From: Eledone cirrhosa
Lineage: Eukaryota
Length of the DNA: 64,000 nucleotides
Direction of reading: 5' to 3'
NCBI GenBank assembly: GCA_964016885.1
Contig: OZ024745.1
Span: forward strand, 96,658,001 to 96,722,000
The number at the start of each line of letters is the position of its first letter. Positions within the stretch are counted from its first letter, which is position 1. The notes under the pieces are model-generated. The model saw only the letters and a program-made list of their open reading frames with translations, was not told where the DNA came from and made no database searches. Position numbers and translations under genes: made by a program. Of this stretch, positions 12,281 through 26,658 are shown piece after piece.

Positions 12281-13184
12281 AGCTAGATAGCTGGGTAGTT
12301 AGGTAGGTAGGTAGATAGGTAGGTGGGTAGGTAGGTAAGTAAGTAGATAGGTAAGTAGGTAGACAGGTAGATAGGAAGGTAGGTAGGTAGGTAGAAAGGT
12401 AGGTAGGTATGTAACTTGCTAGATATTTAGATATGTAGATGGGAAAGATTAAATGGACACAGCGCTAAGTGGGTAGAGGTAACTGTGGTATGGAAATAGG
12501 TATGTAGTTAACAGTATAGGCAGATACGTGGGTAACTATATTGAGATTTTCGGCAGTCCGATACTTAGAAAGATAATGGAATAAATCCATAAATCCTCTA
12601 TTGAAGTTTTTCCTTTTTCTCATCCCTGTGTACCTTTTCTTCACAAATTACCTGTTTTCCTTTACCCTCTCTAACATACTCCTACATCTTTCCAATGAAG
12701 CACGTGTTCACATACACTTGCACACACATATCCCGAGAGGCACATACACACACACGCTCCGATTGGTAATATATATAAAACACACACATAGACCGAACGG
12801 CACACACTCACACAACCGGAGAGACACACTCGTTCACACACAAACGCAGTACGAACAACAAACGTATATACATACACACTACTAAGACCCCACGCATTAA
12901 ATAATAGAAACACTCATTGGCAATATATACAAAAACACAGATCGAACGAGATACACACATACACATACACACATACTCACATACATACATACACACATAC
13001 TCACATACAAACATACACATACACCCACTAATACAACACCAAGGCAGAAAATATACACCACTACAACACAAATATGCAGACATACATACAGAGACAACAA
13101 CACAAACACTCACATAATGCATCTCATTTGCTCACACGTACCAAAACTAATGTCTAAAAGTTTAAAGTCTGTCTTAAGCCAGGA

Positions 13185-13443
13185 GGCTCATTTGACCAGT
13201 GCTTATCTGGGTTTCATGGCATGAAGCGACTGAGACTACAAGGCTCCCCTACTGGACAGGACGCCAGTCCATCGCAGGGTTAAACCTCCAGCTATTTCTG
13301 GTACTCATTTTCAGCTGAGTATACTGGAGCAATGTGAAATGAAGTGTTTTGCTCAAGAACACAACAAGCAACCCAGGAATCGAACCCACGACATTATCAT
13401 TGTAAGCCCAACACCCTTACCAATAGGCCACGTGGCCTCCACA
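13185..13443 (-). mobile_element. tRNA-derived SINE (family B-like)
   Basis: Minus strand reads GTGGAGGCCACGTGGCCTATTGGTAAGGGTGTTGG..GGGTTCGATTCC..TTCTTGAGCAAAACACTTCATTTCAC. Confidence 0.7.
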
Positions 13444-13665
13444 CAAGAACTAATGATAGACCTCCAAACATATCCACGTGTGTATAGAAGCGAAGCCCTT
13501 CCATCTTTCTGTCTTTATTTTAACGAAGTAGAACGGTATGTATCACTTCAGCATACACTTCTACCTGCTGCACTAATTACAGCCCTACTTGCCACCACCC
13601 CCTTCGATATTCCTTTTCTATTTCCCCCTCAAACTGACTGCCTCCTCTTTCTCCTAACTTTATTC

Positions 13666-13702
13666 GTCCCTGACGAAGGACTAATGTCCGATACATTAAG
13701 AC
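13666..13702 (+). ncRNA. Degenerate minimal hammerhead (GAUA instead of GAAA) in a PLE-like 3' remnant
   Basis: GTCC-CTGACGA-AGGAC TAAT GTCC-GATA-CAT-TA-AGAC. Confidence 0.5.
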
Positions 13703-13791
13703 ATTCTTTTCCTTTTCCCACAAACGTAAAACTAATACAACATTGTGTATTGTTGACTGTTTGTCATTTTTTAAATTGAATTATACATATA

Positions 13792-13824
<33 letters not shown>

Positions 13825-13828
<4 letters not shown>

Positions 13829-14010
13829 TTAATAGAGATGAGATTCTACAGGACTAGAACTGTTTCATTCTTTAGAAATCATCAGGAATCATAAAGAATG
13901 AAACAGTTCTAGTCCTGTAGAATCTCATCTATATTAAAACTTTTATACTCTGCAATGTATTGAGTACCTTACTTACTGTGGTTACCTCCGATTCAACCCG
14001 GAATGACGTA

Positions 14011-14012
<2 letters not shown>
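13825..14012 (+). mobile_element. Palindromic Penelope-like pseudo-LTR remnant in (TA)n
   Basis: Arms 13825-13874 and 13892-13941. TACTC(13946)..GAGTAC(13962) hairpin. Tail shared with the 39105 element. Confidence 0.8.
13843..13889 (-). ncRNA. Minimal type-I hammerhead ribozyme
   Basis: Minus: ATTC-CTGATGA-TTTCT AA AGAAT-GAAA-CAG TTCTAGTC CTG-TA-GAAT. Intact core, GUA triplet, all three stems. Confidence 0.8.
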
Positions 14013-14071
<59 letters not shown>

Positions 14072-14165
14072 AGAGATAGTGAGAGGGAGAGAGAGAGAGA
14101 TGGATGGATAGACTGATGATCGGATAGATTGATAAACATATACATACATGCATACATTCATATAT

Positions 14166-14203
<38 letters not shown>

Positions 14204-14211
14204 ATATATGC

Positions 14212-14253
<42 letters not shown>

Positions 14254-14579
14254 CCTCTATATGTGTTTTTACTGAAACCCGAATACAATTCAAGCTTAAG
14301 TCTAGCGTGAAACTTCATTTCACCAAATCTGCTTTGTAAAATAGTGAAATGAACAAAGAAAGGAAAAAGAAGATTCTTAAATACAGGAAATGCTATTTAT
14401 TCTTAACAACTTGTCCATTAGTAAATAATGGAACCATGTTTTATAAATTTCTTTAAGGAAAATACTTCAGATTCCACCCGATTCTGCCATTTAAATCCAT
14501 TACAAGAAGCAAAGCAGCTTTAACAACATATTTCTCTGTCTCTACATCTCTCCCATATTTATATATATGTACACACACA

Positions 14580-14637
<58 letters not shown>

Positions 14638-14650
14638 TATATGTACACAC

Positions 14651-14699
<49 letters not shown>

Positions 14700-14782
14700 C
14701 ATATATTTACATATATACATATATATATATTTATACATATATATATACATATATACATATATATATACATATATATATATAC

Positions 14783-14857
<75 letters not shown>

Positions 14858-15049
14858 CTCAGAGAATATAAAAGTGGTAAGTGAAAGGCAAAGCGAAGTA
14901 TATATATAGCAAAACAAATTACACAATAATCTTATACATTGGGCAGAAGTACGTTTCTGTTTATGTGAGAAAAACACATATAAAAAAGCATAATAAACAA
15001 ATAAAACACATGTATTTACGTCTTCATTAGGACATCAAAAATATAAATA

Positions 15050-16440
15050 ACTTGCGTGTATTTACGCCCTCGGCTGGACACAAGATAAAACCCGTGTATT
15101 TACGCCCTCGGCTGGACACAAGATAAAACCCGTGTATTCACGCCCTCGGCTGGACACAAGATAAAACTCGTGTATTCATGCCCTTGGCTGGACACAAGAT
15201 AAAACTCGTGTATTCATGCCCTTGGCTGGACACAAGATAAAACTCGTGTATTCATGCCCTTGGCTAGACACCAAATAAAACCCGTGTATTCACGTCTTCA
15301 GCTAGACACCAAATAAAACCCGTGTATTCACGTCTTCAGCTAGACACCAAATAAAACCCGTGTATTCACGTCTTCAGCTAGACACCAAATAAAACCCGTG
15401 TATTCACGTCTTCAGCTAGACACCAAATAAAACCCGTGTATTCACGTCTTCAGCTAGACACCAAATAACACCGTGTATTCCCGCCTCGGCTAGACACCAA
15501 ATAAAACCCGTGTATTCACGCCTCGGCTAGACACCAAATAAAACCCGTGTATTCACGTCTTCAGCTAGACACCAAATAACACCCGTGTATTCCCGCCTCG
15601 GCTAGACACCAAATAAAACCCGTGTATTCACGCCTCGGCTAGACACCAAATAAAACCCGTGTATTCACGTCTTCAGCTAGACACCAAATAACACCCGTGT
15701 ATTCTCGCCTCGGCTAGACACCAAATAAAACCCGTGTATTCACGTCTTCAGCTAGACACCAAATAACACCCGTGTATTCCCGCCTCGGCTAGACACCAAA
15801 TAAAACCCGTGTATTCACGCCTCGGCTAGACACCAAATAACACCCGTGTATTCACGTCTTCAGCTAGACACCAAATAACACCCGTGTATTCCCGCCTCGG
15901 CTAGACACCAAATAAAACCCGTGTATTCACGTCTTCAGCTAGACACCAAATAACACCGTGTATTCCCGCCTCGGCTAGACACCAAATAAAACCCGTGTAT
16001 TCACGCCTCGGCTAGACACCAAATAACACCCGTGTATTCACGTCTTCAGCTAGACACCAAATAACACCCGTGTATTCCCGCCTCGGCTAGACACCAAATA
16101 AAACCCGTGTATTCACGTCTTCAGCTAGACACCAAATAACACCCGTGTATTCCCGCCTCGGCTAGACACCAAATAAAACCCGTGTATTCACGTCTTCAGC
16201 TAGACACCAAATAACACCCGTGTATTCCCGCCTCGGCTAGACACCAAATAAAACCCGTGTATTCACGTCTTCAGCTAGACACCAAATAACACCCGTGTAT
16301 TCCCGCACTCGGCTGGATACCAAATAAAATCTGTGTACTCATCGTCAGTTAGTCACCAAATAAAACCCGTGTATTCAAGTCGTCAGTTAGTCACCAAATA
16401 ACACGCGTGTATTCACATCTTTAACTGGACATTAAATAAC
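15050..16440. repeat. 37-38 bp minisatellite (~36 units) with alternating variants
   Basis: Unit TAAAACCCGTGTATTCACGTCTTCAGCTAGACACCAAA; variant with CCCGCCTCGG. Confidence 0.95.
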
Positions 16441-16714
16441 ACATGTATTATCAGCAGGACGCCAAAGATCGCTTTTAATTAAGGTAGTATCTTTACGATA
16501 CGAACCCAAATGAAAACAGAGAGCACATTAATACGTTAAATTGTGTGTGTGTGTGTGTGTTTAGTGGAGGAACAAAGTTATGTGAAGGGAGATTCATACC
16601 GATTCTAAGCTGAGGAATAGTCAGGATCAAAAGATTTTATTAACTGCAAAACTGCAGCTTGTATTAATGAGTAGCGTTGGATGCATGTACCGATGTGCAA
16701 TAGAAAATCATTAA

Positions 16715-16900
16715 ATAATTGGTTCTACTTTTTGCACAAGGCCAGCAATTATCCAGTGCATTACTGGTACTTTATTTTATCGACACCGTAAGGATGAAAG
16801 GCAAAGTTAACCTCGGCGGGATTTGAACTCAGAATGGAAAGGGCCGTAACTCTTTGCGTCAAAGCATGGCGTCCGACCCTCTACCGATACTGCCAATCCA
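16715..16900 (-). mobile_element. SINE family A
   Basis: Reverse complement of the 5455-5650 unit (CTGGTACTTTATTTTATCGAC..GGATGAAAGGCAAAGTTAACCTCGGC..TACTGCCAATCC). Confidence 0.8.
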
Positions 16901-19224
16901 TAATATACCCAGTTTCTTAAATATGGAATATGGACAGTAGGTATTTGATTATGAAAGGTAACTGATTACTTGTTATTCTTTTTTTAAACCACCTGGGTAA
17001 CGAATTGACAGAGTCGTTTGAACGAGAGATAAAATGCTTTGCACTTTAATTTCAAATCCAGTTGAGATTAACTTTGTTTGTCATTCCTTCGGTGTCCATA
17101 AATGAAGTACTAGTCTAGGTCGATTGAATGATAGAATTGTTAGCGCGTCTAACGAGATGATTTCAGGTATTTCAGCTCTTTGAATCTGAGTTCAAATCTT
17201 GTGTAGGCTACTTGAGTGAGATTCTTGATCCATCGCCAGGTTTGACATCACCCCCTAACCCTTGGATGCCTCATTAGAGTCAAGCCTCCAGTTTGAAGTT
17301 GCCTCTATCCTCTCAACAGTCATGGCGACTCTGCAAAGCGTCACATGAACTGCTCCTTTTGATTAAACAGTAAAGAGAAACAAATTAATTGTACTCAGCT
17401 CCTCTCAATTCCATTGAACTTTCTCTCTCTTTTTTTTCTTTCCTTTGTCTAAATATCTACCACGTGCAGTTTATCTGGGTCACATGAGAACCCTATCATA
17501 GTGGCTGCGACCTATCTTAAGGATACTACCATGAACATATAAATGGTGAAAATTATAGAATATTGGAGTAAATATCAAATAATATTTAGGAATGTAGCAA
17601 CTATGATTCATGACCTGCCCTGACTGACTTTGTATTTCCTTCCCATGGGAGCGATAAAACACAACTACCAATCATGTATTGGAATACATGTATTCTAGAA
17701 TATACAGTCCCCTACCACTTGTGAATAATCAATATTTCTCTAAACTGTCGTGAAAATGGGACACATTAGATAACGTAATTTGGAATAGACTAGGCACGAT
17801 GGATTGGTTATGATTAGAATCCCTTTGATCGTAGATTTTGTTTCGATCAGAGCTGACCTGGGCTAAATAACACCAAAACCAAAACAAATATTCCAATATT
17901 ACTATATCCTTTAGATGTATTTATGGATCTAATTATTTATGTATATGTGCATGTATATGTGCATGCATAATTATACATACATATTTATGCATATATGTAT
18001 GTATAAATATAATATACATTATATATATAATAACTTCGGTGACAGTTAAATATGCTGTTTATATTGTTATTCATCTTTTATTATGCTAATATCGTGCTGG
18101 GGATGTAAATTTAGGATCTTTTCGCCCTCTTTATTCAGAGTAAACCCTCCCATATGACTATACAAGCACAACAGAACATTTATATATGCGTCTAGCTTGT
18201 AGATTAAAGCATGCATGCATTCATGATTTTATATCCTTACATACATAATTTCATTCACATATACAACATGCGTTCATAAATCCTTACATTCATGTATCCA
18301 TACTTATATATCTAGACATATATAAGTATATAGATATATATAGACATACATGCACATATACTAATATATGCATAGATATATATACATACATGTTAGCTGT
18401 CCACTGTTGTCCATGAAAGACCAGACTGACTATTAAAAACAATAGTATCTTCAATAGTTCTTTAAGTCCGCCAGACTTTTACATGTTTTTTTTTAGCAGA
18501 TCTTATAAAAGAAATTGCATATGTTCACGACAGTATGCAGGAACTTCGTGTCACGCATTCTGTTATCGCGAATTTACTGTAGCCAACGTTTTTCTGACCT
18601 TATGAATTCACTGGTGCCTAATTAGGTCAGGTCAACCCTGAAAAAGTATATACGACCACAAATACCACAGACTAAGTTAACCTGTCAAATTCCCAAACTG
18701 TGCGTTTTCGTGCAGCTCAGTTAAATTCTGTATGAGAGATGCGTACTTTTTCAAAACATATCTCTACCATAGATTATTTATTTTCTATTGGGGACAATGA
18801 AAATCATTTCTCTCTCAGTTGGCCACTTTTATTATAAATACTTTCAAAGAAGTGTTTACATAGTTCTTAAACTACACCGTGGTCTTTGTCAGGAGCGTTG
18901 TCCGCATACAATATATCATCTGTTTTAGGACCGTATGATTATTTAATCGGATAAGGTGTCCGGCCTAACGTCACTATCCACTGAGGTCAGTGAGAACTAG
19001 TTGATATTCAGTTGTATTAAACATCGCTGATGAACATGCTCAATAACCTTTACATCATCCTTGTAAAGAAACTGCATGTTTCACACGAGTAAAGAATATA
19101 GTAATTGTTGTTTTCTTTGTGATCTAATGTTCGGATCAAATACGAGACTCAAGATACTTAAAGGAGTCAGTTGCTTTATAAAACCTTACATATATTTGAT
19201 CTCCTAAGGAGCAGGAATAGCTGA

Positions 19225-21055
19225 GTGTACTGCCCAGGTAAAAAAATGTGTACTGCCCTGGTAGACACACGTGCAGTGTCCAGGTAGACAAACTTGTCTA
19301 CTGTCCAGGTAGACATACGTGTACTGTCCAGGTAAACACACTTGTACTGTCCAGATAGACACACGTGTACTGTCCAGGTAGACACACGTGTACTGTCCAG
19401 GTAGACACACGTGTACAGTCCAGGTAGACACACGTGTACTGTCCAGGTAGTCACAGGTGTAGTGTCCAGGTAAACACACTTGTACTGTCCAGGTAGACAC
19501 ACGTCTACTGTCCAGGTAGACACACGTCTACTGTCCAGGTAGACACACGTCTACTGTCCAGGTAGACACACGTCTACTGTCCAGGTAGACACACCTCGAC
19601 TGTCCAGGGAGACACACGTCTACTGCCCAGGTAGACACACGTGTACTGTCCAGGTAGATACACGTGTACTGTCCAGGGAGACACACGTCTACTGTCAAGA
19701 TAGACACACGTCTACTGTCCAGGTAGACACACGTCTACTGTCCAGGTAGACACACGTGTACTGTCCAGGTAGACACACCTCGACTGTCCAGGTAGACACA
19801 CGTGTACTGTCCAGGTAGACACACCTCGACTGTCCAGGTAGACACACGTGTACTGTCCAGGTAGACACACCTCGACTGTCCAGGTAGACACACGTCTACT
19901 GTCCAGGTAGACACACGTGTACTGTCCAGGTAGACACACGTGCAGTGTCCAGGTAGACAACCTGTACTGTCCAGGTAGACGCACGTGTACTGTCCAGGTA
20001 GACACACGTCTACTGTCCAGGTAGACACACCTGTACTGTCCAGGTAGACACACGTCTACTGTCCAGGTAGACACACGTCTACTGTCCAGGTAGACACACC
20101 TGTACTGTCCAGGTAGACACACGTCTACTGTCCAGGTAGACACACGTCTACTGTCCAGGTAGACAACCTGTACTGTCCAGGTATACACACGTGTACTGTC
20201 CAGGTAGACACACGTGTACTGTCCAGGTAGACAAACGTGTACTGTCAAAGGTAGACACACGTGTACTGTCCAGGTAGACACACGTGTACTGTCCAGGTAG
20301 ACACACGTGTACTGTCCAGGTAGACACACGTGTACTGTCCAGGTAGACACACGTCTACTGTCCAGGTAGACACACGTCTACTGTCCAGGTAGACAACCTG
20401 TACTGTCCAGGTATACACACGTGTACTGTCCAGGTATACACACGTGTACTGTCCAGGTAGACACACGTCTACTGTCCAGGTAGACACACGTCTACTGTCC
20501 AGGTAGACACACGTGTACTGTCCAGGTAGACACACGTCTACTGTCCAGGTAGACACACGTCTACTGTCCAGGTATACACACGTGTACTGTCCAGGTAGAC
20601 ACACGTCTACTGTCCAGGTAGACACACGTCTACTGTCCAGGTAGACACACGTGTACTGTCCCGGTAGACACACGTGTACTGTCCAGGTAGACAAACGTGT
20701 ACTGTCAAAGGTAGACACACGTGTACTGTCCAGGTAGACACACGTGTACTGTCCAGGTAGACACACGTCTACTGTCCAGGTAGACACACGTGTACTGTCC
20801 AGGTAGACACACGTGTACTGTCCAGATAGACACACCTGTACTGTCCAGGTAGACAAACGTGTACTGTCCAGGTAGACAAACGTGTACTGTCCAGGTAGAC
20901 AAACGTCTACTGTCCAGGTAAATAAACGTGTACTGTCCAGGTAGACACACGTGTACTGCCCAGATAGACACACGTGTACTGTCCAGGTAGACACACCTGT
21001 ACTGTCCAGGTATGCACATGTGTACTGTCCAGGTATACACACGTGTACTGTCCAG
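19225..21055. repeat. 23 bp minisatellite (~80 units)
   Basis: Unit ACTGTCCAGGTAGACACACGT(G/C)T; the long ORFs here are repeat artefacts. Confidence 0.95.
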
Positions 21056-21301
21056 AACAAGTAACATTGTGTACAAGGAGGTGCTACAATCATTGTTTAG
21101 GTAGACGAGGCAGAAGGGGATATACACGATTGGCTGAAGAAGGACGAGACTGTGTTAGTAGTACGACCAACGGCTGCTATCACACCAACAACAGCAAAAA
21201 CAACAACAAAAAATAGTGGGAACGCAATTACATGCCTTTGAAAACTCTTAATGGAAAATTATGTATGTATATATATATATATATGATATATGTATATACA
21301 T

Positions 21302-21411
<110 letters not shown>

Positions 21412-21419
21412 GTATATAC

Positions 21420-21526
<107 letters not shown>

Positions 21527-21582
21527 CATATATATATATATACGATATTAACAAATGGAAGCTATATTTATAAAACCATATT

Positions 21583-21647
21583 TATTTCATTATACATATT
21601 TCAAGGACACCAAGTAAAATTATGGTGTGCTTTCATCAGATAAAATA
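21583..21647 (-). ncRNA. Hammerhead ribozyme (inverted-arm copy)
   Basis: Reverse complement of 21793-21857 with an intact core. Confidence 0.75.
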
Positions 21648-21792
21648 TAATATAGAGCAGTTTTATAAATAAATATTGACATACCCTTAAAGAATGCAAC
21701 CATTACTGTTGGAAGCTCCCGGAGTTTCCAACAGTAATGGTTGCATTCTTTAAGGGTACGTCAATATTCATTTATAAAACTGATCTATATTA

Positions 21793-21857
21793 TATTTTAT
21801 CTGATGAAAGCACACCATAATTTAACTTGGTGTCCTTGAAATATGTATAATGAAATA
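21793..21857 (+). ncRNA. Minimal type-I hammerhead ribozyme
   Basis: TATTTTAT-CTGATGA-AAG..ACACCA..TGGTGT..CTT-GAAA-TATGT-ATA-ATGAAATA: 8-bp stem I, AUA triplet, quasi-palindromic stem III. Confidence 0.8.
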
Positions 21858-22006
21858 AATATGGTTTTATAAATATAGTTTCCATTTGTTATGTTGAGTG
21901 CTTTATATCAGTTATAAAAATATTTGCTTGTTGTATCCCAACAATTTAAATAGAACTCTTACATATATATATATATATATATGTATATACATATACATAC
22001 ACATAC

Positions 22007-22083
<77 letters not shown>

Positions 22084-22429
22084 TATATGTGTGTGCGTAC
22101 GCATGTGTGTGCGTACGCATGTGTATGTATGAGGTAAAGATGCAATTGTTTGTCTTTTGTAACTGTTTTCTTGTATAAATATATATAGAAGTATACAGAG
22201 ATTGAGAGGGAGAGGAAGAGAGGTGGGAGAGATAGAGATAGGGAGGGAAAGTGAGAGGAGGCATATATGAAGATATTCATTGAATATGATTCAGTATCCA
22301 TTAAACTACACTGTGGGATTTGCTTTTGTTATTTATTTGTTTTATAAGTGAGAAATGGATGTTAAGTCCCCAAGATAGCGTTGATATACTCACTATAACG
22401 TAGATGGTGTGTATAGTAATAAGAATACT

Positions 22430-24311
22430 GTTACTACCAGCACTACCACCAATACTACACCAACACTACTACCAGCACTACCACTAACACTACTACCAGC
22501 ACTACCACCAGCACTACCACTAACACTACCACTAACACTACCACCAACACTACTACCAACACTGCTACCAGCACTACCACCAACAATACCACTAACACTA
22601 CCACCAGCACTACCACCAACACTACCACCAACGCTACTACCAGCAATACCACTAACACTACCACCAACACTACCACCAACAACAGCAAGAACAACATTAA
22701 CAATACCACCACCGCAACCACCATCACCTCAACCAACAACAACACCACCGCAACTACCAACAACAACAACAACACCAGCAACACCACCGCAACTACCAAC
22801 AACAACAACAACAACACCAGCAACACCACCACCACTACCAACAACAACAACAACACCACCTCAACTACCAACAACAACAACAACACCACCACCACCACTA
22901 CAAACACCACCACAACTACCACAACAACAACAACACCACCTCCACAAACACCACCACAACTACCAACAACAACAACACCACCTCCACAAACACCACCACA
23001 ACTACCAACAACAACAACAACACCACCTCTACAAACACCACCACAACTACCAACAACAACAACACCACCTCCACAAACACCACCACAACTACCAACAACA
23101 ACAACACCACCTCCACAAACACCACCACAACTACCAACAACAACAACACCACCTCCACAAACACCACCACAACTACCAACAACAACAACAACACCACCTC
23201 TACAAACACCACCACAACTACCAACAACAACAACACCACCTCCACAAACACCACCACAACTACCAACAACAACAACACCACCTCCACAAACACCACTACA
23301 ACTACCAACAACAACAACACCACCTCCACAAACACCACCACAACTACCAACAACAACAACACCACCTCCACAAACACCACTACAACTACCAACAACAACA
23401 CCACCACGTCCACAAACACCACCACAACTACCAACAACAACAACAACACCACCTCCACAAACACCACCACAACTACCAACAACAACAACACCACCTCCAC
23501 AAACACCACTACAACTACCAACAACAACACCACCACCTCCACAAACACCACCACAACTACCAACAACAACAACACCACCTCCACAAACACCACCACAACT
23601 ACCAATAACAACAACACCACCACACAAACACCACTACAACTACCAACAACAACACCACCAACAACACTACCACCAACAACAACACCACCACCACAAACAC
23701 CACCACAACTACCAACACCAACAACACCACAACTGCCAACAACAACAACAACAACACCACCACCAACACTACAAACACCACCACAACTACCACCAACAAC
23801 AACACCACCACACAAACACCACCACAACTACCAACAACAACACCACCAACAACACCACCACCAAAAACAACACTACCACCACAAACACCACCATAACTAC
23901 CACCAACAACAACAACACCAACACCTCAACACCACTACAACTACCAACAACAACAACAACAACACCACCAACAACAACACCACCCCCACAAACACCACCC
24001 CAACTACCAGCAACACCACCACCAACAACACCACCACCAACAACAACACCACCACCAAAAACAACACCACCACCAACAACACCACCAACAACACGACCAG
24101 CAATAACAACACCACCACCACAACTACCAACAACAACGACAACACAAACACCACCACAACCACCACCACCACCACGACCAACAACAACAACAACAACAAC
24201 AACAACCACACCACCAACAACACCACTACCAACAACAACACCACCACCAACAACAACAACACCACCAACATCACCACAACTACCAACAACAGCAACACCA
24301 CCACAACTACC

Positions 24312-24342
<31 letters not shown>

Positions 24343-24925
24343 CAAACACCTCCACAACTACCAACAGCAACAACACCACCACAAACACCACCACCACTAC
24401 CACCACCACCAACAACAACAACAACAACACCAACAACAACACCACCACCACCAACAACACCACCACCAACAACAACAACACCACGACCAACAACAACAAC
24501 AACAACAACACCACTTACAACAACACCACCACCACCAACACCACCACCACCAACAACACTACCAACAACAACAACAACACCACCACCACCAACAACAACA
24601 CCACCAACAACAACAACACCACCACCAACAACAACAACACCACCACCACCAACAACAACAACACCACCACCAAGACCACCACCACCACCAACAACAACAA
24701 CACCACCAACAACAACACCACCAACACCACCAACAACAACACCACCTCCACCAACAACAACAACACCACCAACATCACCACAACTACCAACAACAACAAC
24801 ACCACCACCAACATCACCACAACTACCAACAACAACACCACCACCACAAACAGCACCACAACTACCAACAACACCACCACCACCACCACAAACGCCACCA
24901 CAACAACACCAACAACAATAATAAC
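22430..24925. repeat. Compound (CAA/CAC/CTA) trinucleotide array with an internal higher-order unit
   Basis: Repeated CACCACCTCCACAAACACCACCACAACTACCAACAACAACAA. Confidence 0.9.
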
Positions 24926-25149
24926 TACAATTGCTGGTTGAATAATAATCAAGGAATCTATTCAGCGATGCAGTGTCTTCTTCTAATGTCAAATTCTGGT
25001 TATTTTATTGGTCTCGATTTCCATTACGTTAATGTGAAAATATTGGAAAATAAAACAAAATTGATTTTTTAAATATAAATAATATAGCATACTAACAACT
25101 GATTATAGTTCCTGTTTTTACTCACTGAGCATATTTACAACATTATACG

Positions 25150-26215
25150 TACACGCCAGCACACAAAATAACACACACGCACACACACACACACACATAC
25201 ACACACATACACACATACATACACACATACATACACACAGGCATACACATGCACATACACCAACACACAAAATAACACACACACACATACACACACATAC
25301 ATACACACATATACGTACACAGGCATACACATACACACACAATAACATACACACACACACACACCAGCACACACATCCACACACCAACACTCACACACAC
25401 CAACACACATCAACACACACACACATACACATACACAAATATACGCACACACACACTCAGCCACACACAACACACACACAAACACACACACAAACACACA
25501 CCAACACAGACGCAAACAGCAACACACACATCGACACTTACACACACTAACACACACACACCAACACACAAACACTCACCAACACACAAACACTCACCAA
25601 CACACAAACACTCACCAACACACAACCACACACCAACACACACAAACGCACACCAACACACCCACACGAACACACGAACACACAAACACACAACAAAACA
25701 AACACACACACACCAACACACACAAACGAACGCCAACACACACACACCAAATCACGGACACACACGGACACACACAAACACACATAACCATCAACACACA
25801 CACACAAACGCACCCCAACACACGAACACACACAAACGCACCCCAACACACAAACACACACAAACACACCCCAACACACGAACACACACAAACGCACCCC
25901 AACACACAAACACACACAAACACACCCCAACACACGAACACAAACAAACGCACCCCAACACACGAACACACACAAACGCACCCCAACACACGAACACACA
26001 CAAACGCACCCCAACACACAAACACACACAAACACACCCCAACACACGAACACAAACAAACGCACCCCAACACACGAACACACACAAACACACCCCAACA
26101 CACGAACACACACAACCATCAACACACACAAACATCAACACACACAAACGCACACCAATACACACACCAACACACACAACCATCAACACACACACACACA
26201 CACATACATACAAGC
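25150..26215. repeat. (CA)-rich compound microsatellite with a ~28 bp sub-array
   Basis: CCCCAACACACGAACACACACAAACGCA units at ~25810-26110. Confidence 0.9.
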
Positions 26216-26347
26216 ACATCTATAATCTTCTACACGAGACAAATCACAGCACAATGCACCATATATCAGGTAGACGTCAACAGTAATTCCTTCATAAGAT
26301 TTAGTACCTTATCGAAAAACCTCTCCTGTTTTCACTCACCCACACAC

Positions 26348-26393
<46 letters not shown>

Positions 26394-26439
26394 GCTCATA
26401 TATATAGAGAGTGAGAGAGATAAACGGTATATATAAATA

Positions 26440-26658
26440 TTCACTTCTGCGTTCACAGATTGACTTTGTTAGTTTCAGAAGATGCCGTTAAGGGTGAAAG
26501 CAACGATTCTTTGCTTAAACTTTATTCTGTTATGTTAATAAATATATATATATATATACGATTATCGTATATCTACTCCAAAACTTGTTGAGTGCTTTAT
26601 ATCAGTTATAAAATATTTACTTGTTGTAACGCAACAATTTTAAATAAAACTTTTGCAT
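26440..26658 (+). mobile_element. PLE-like 3' remnant with degenerate hammerhead and conserved hairpin
   Basis: AGTTT-CAGAAGA-..-GAAA-GCAA..TTGC-TT-AAACT (26471-26521, core U4>A). TACTC(26574)..GAGTGCT(26590). Tail like 21893-21960. Confidence 0.65.

Larger units (their letters stand above)
21545..21962 (+). mobile_element. ~343 bp palindromic Penelope-like pseudo-LTR remnant in (TA)n
   Basis: Near-perfect inverted repeat 21549-21891 centred at 21720, followed by GAGTGCT (21896) and a tail shared with the 26440 and 37593 elements. Confidence 0.85.

Noticed and set aside
15050-16440. 37-38 bp repeats as a CRISPR array
   Set aside because: Contiguous tandem units with no unique spacers.
19176-21127. 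Cys-rich repetitive ORFs
   Set aside because: Translation of the 23-bp minisatellite cycling through all frames.
22409-24992. Long His/Gln/Pro/Gly-Val-rich ORFs (structural-protein-like)
   Set aside because: Open in several frames only because the triplet repeats lack stops; no signal peptide or splice context.
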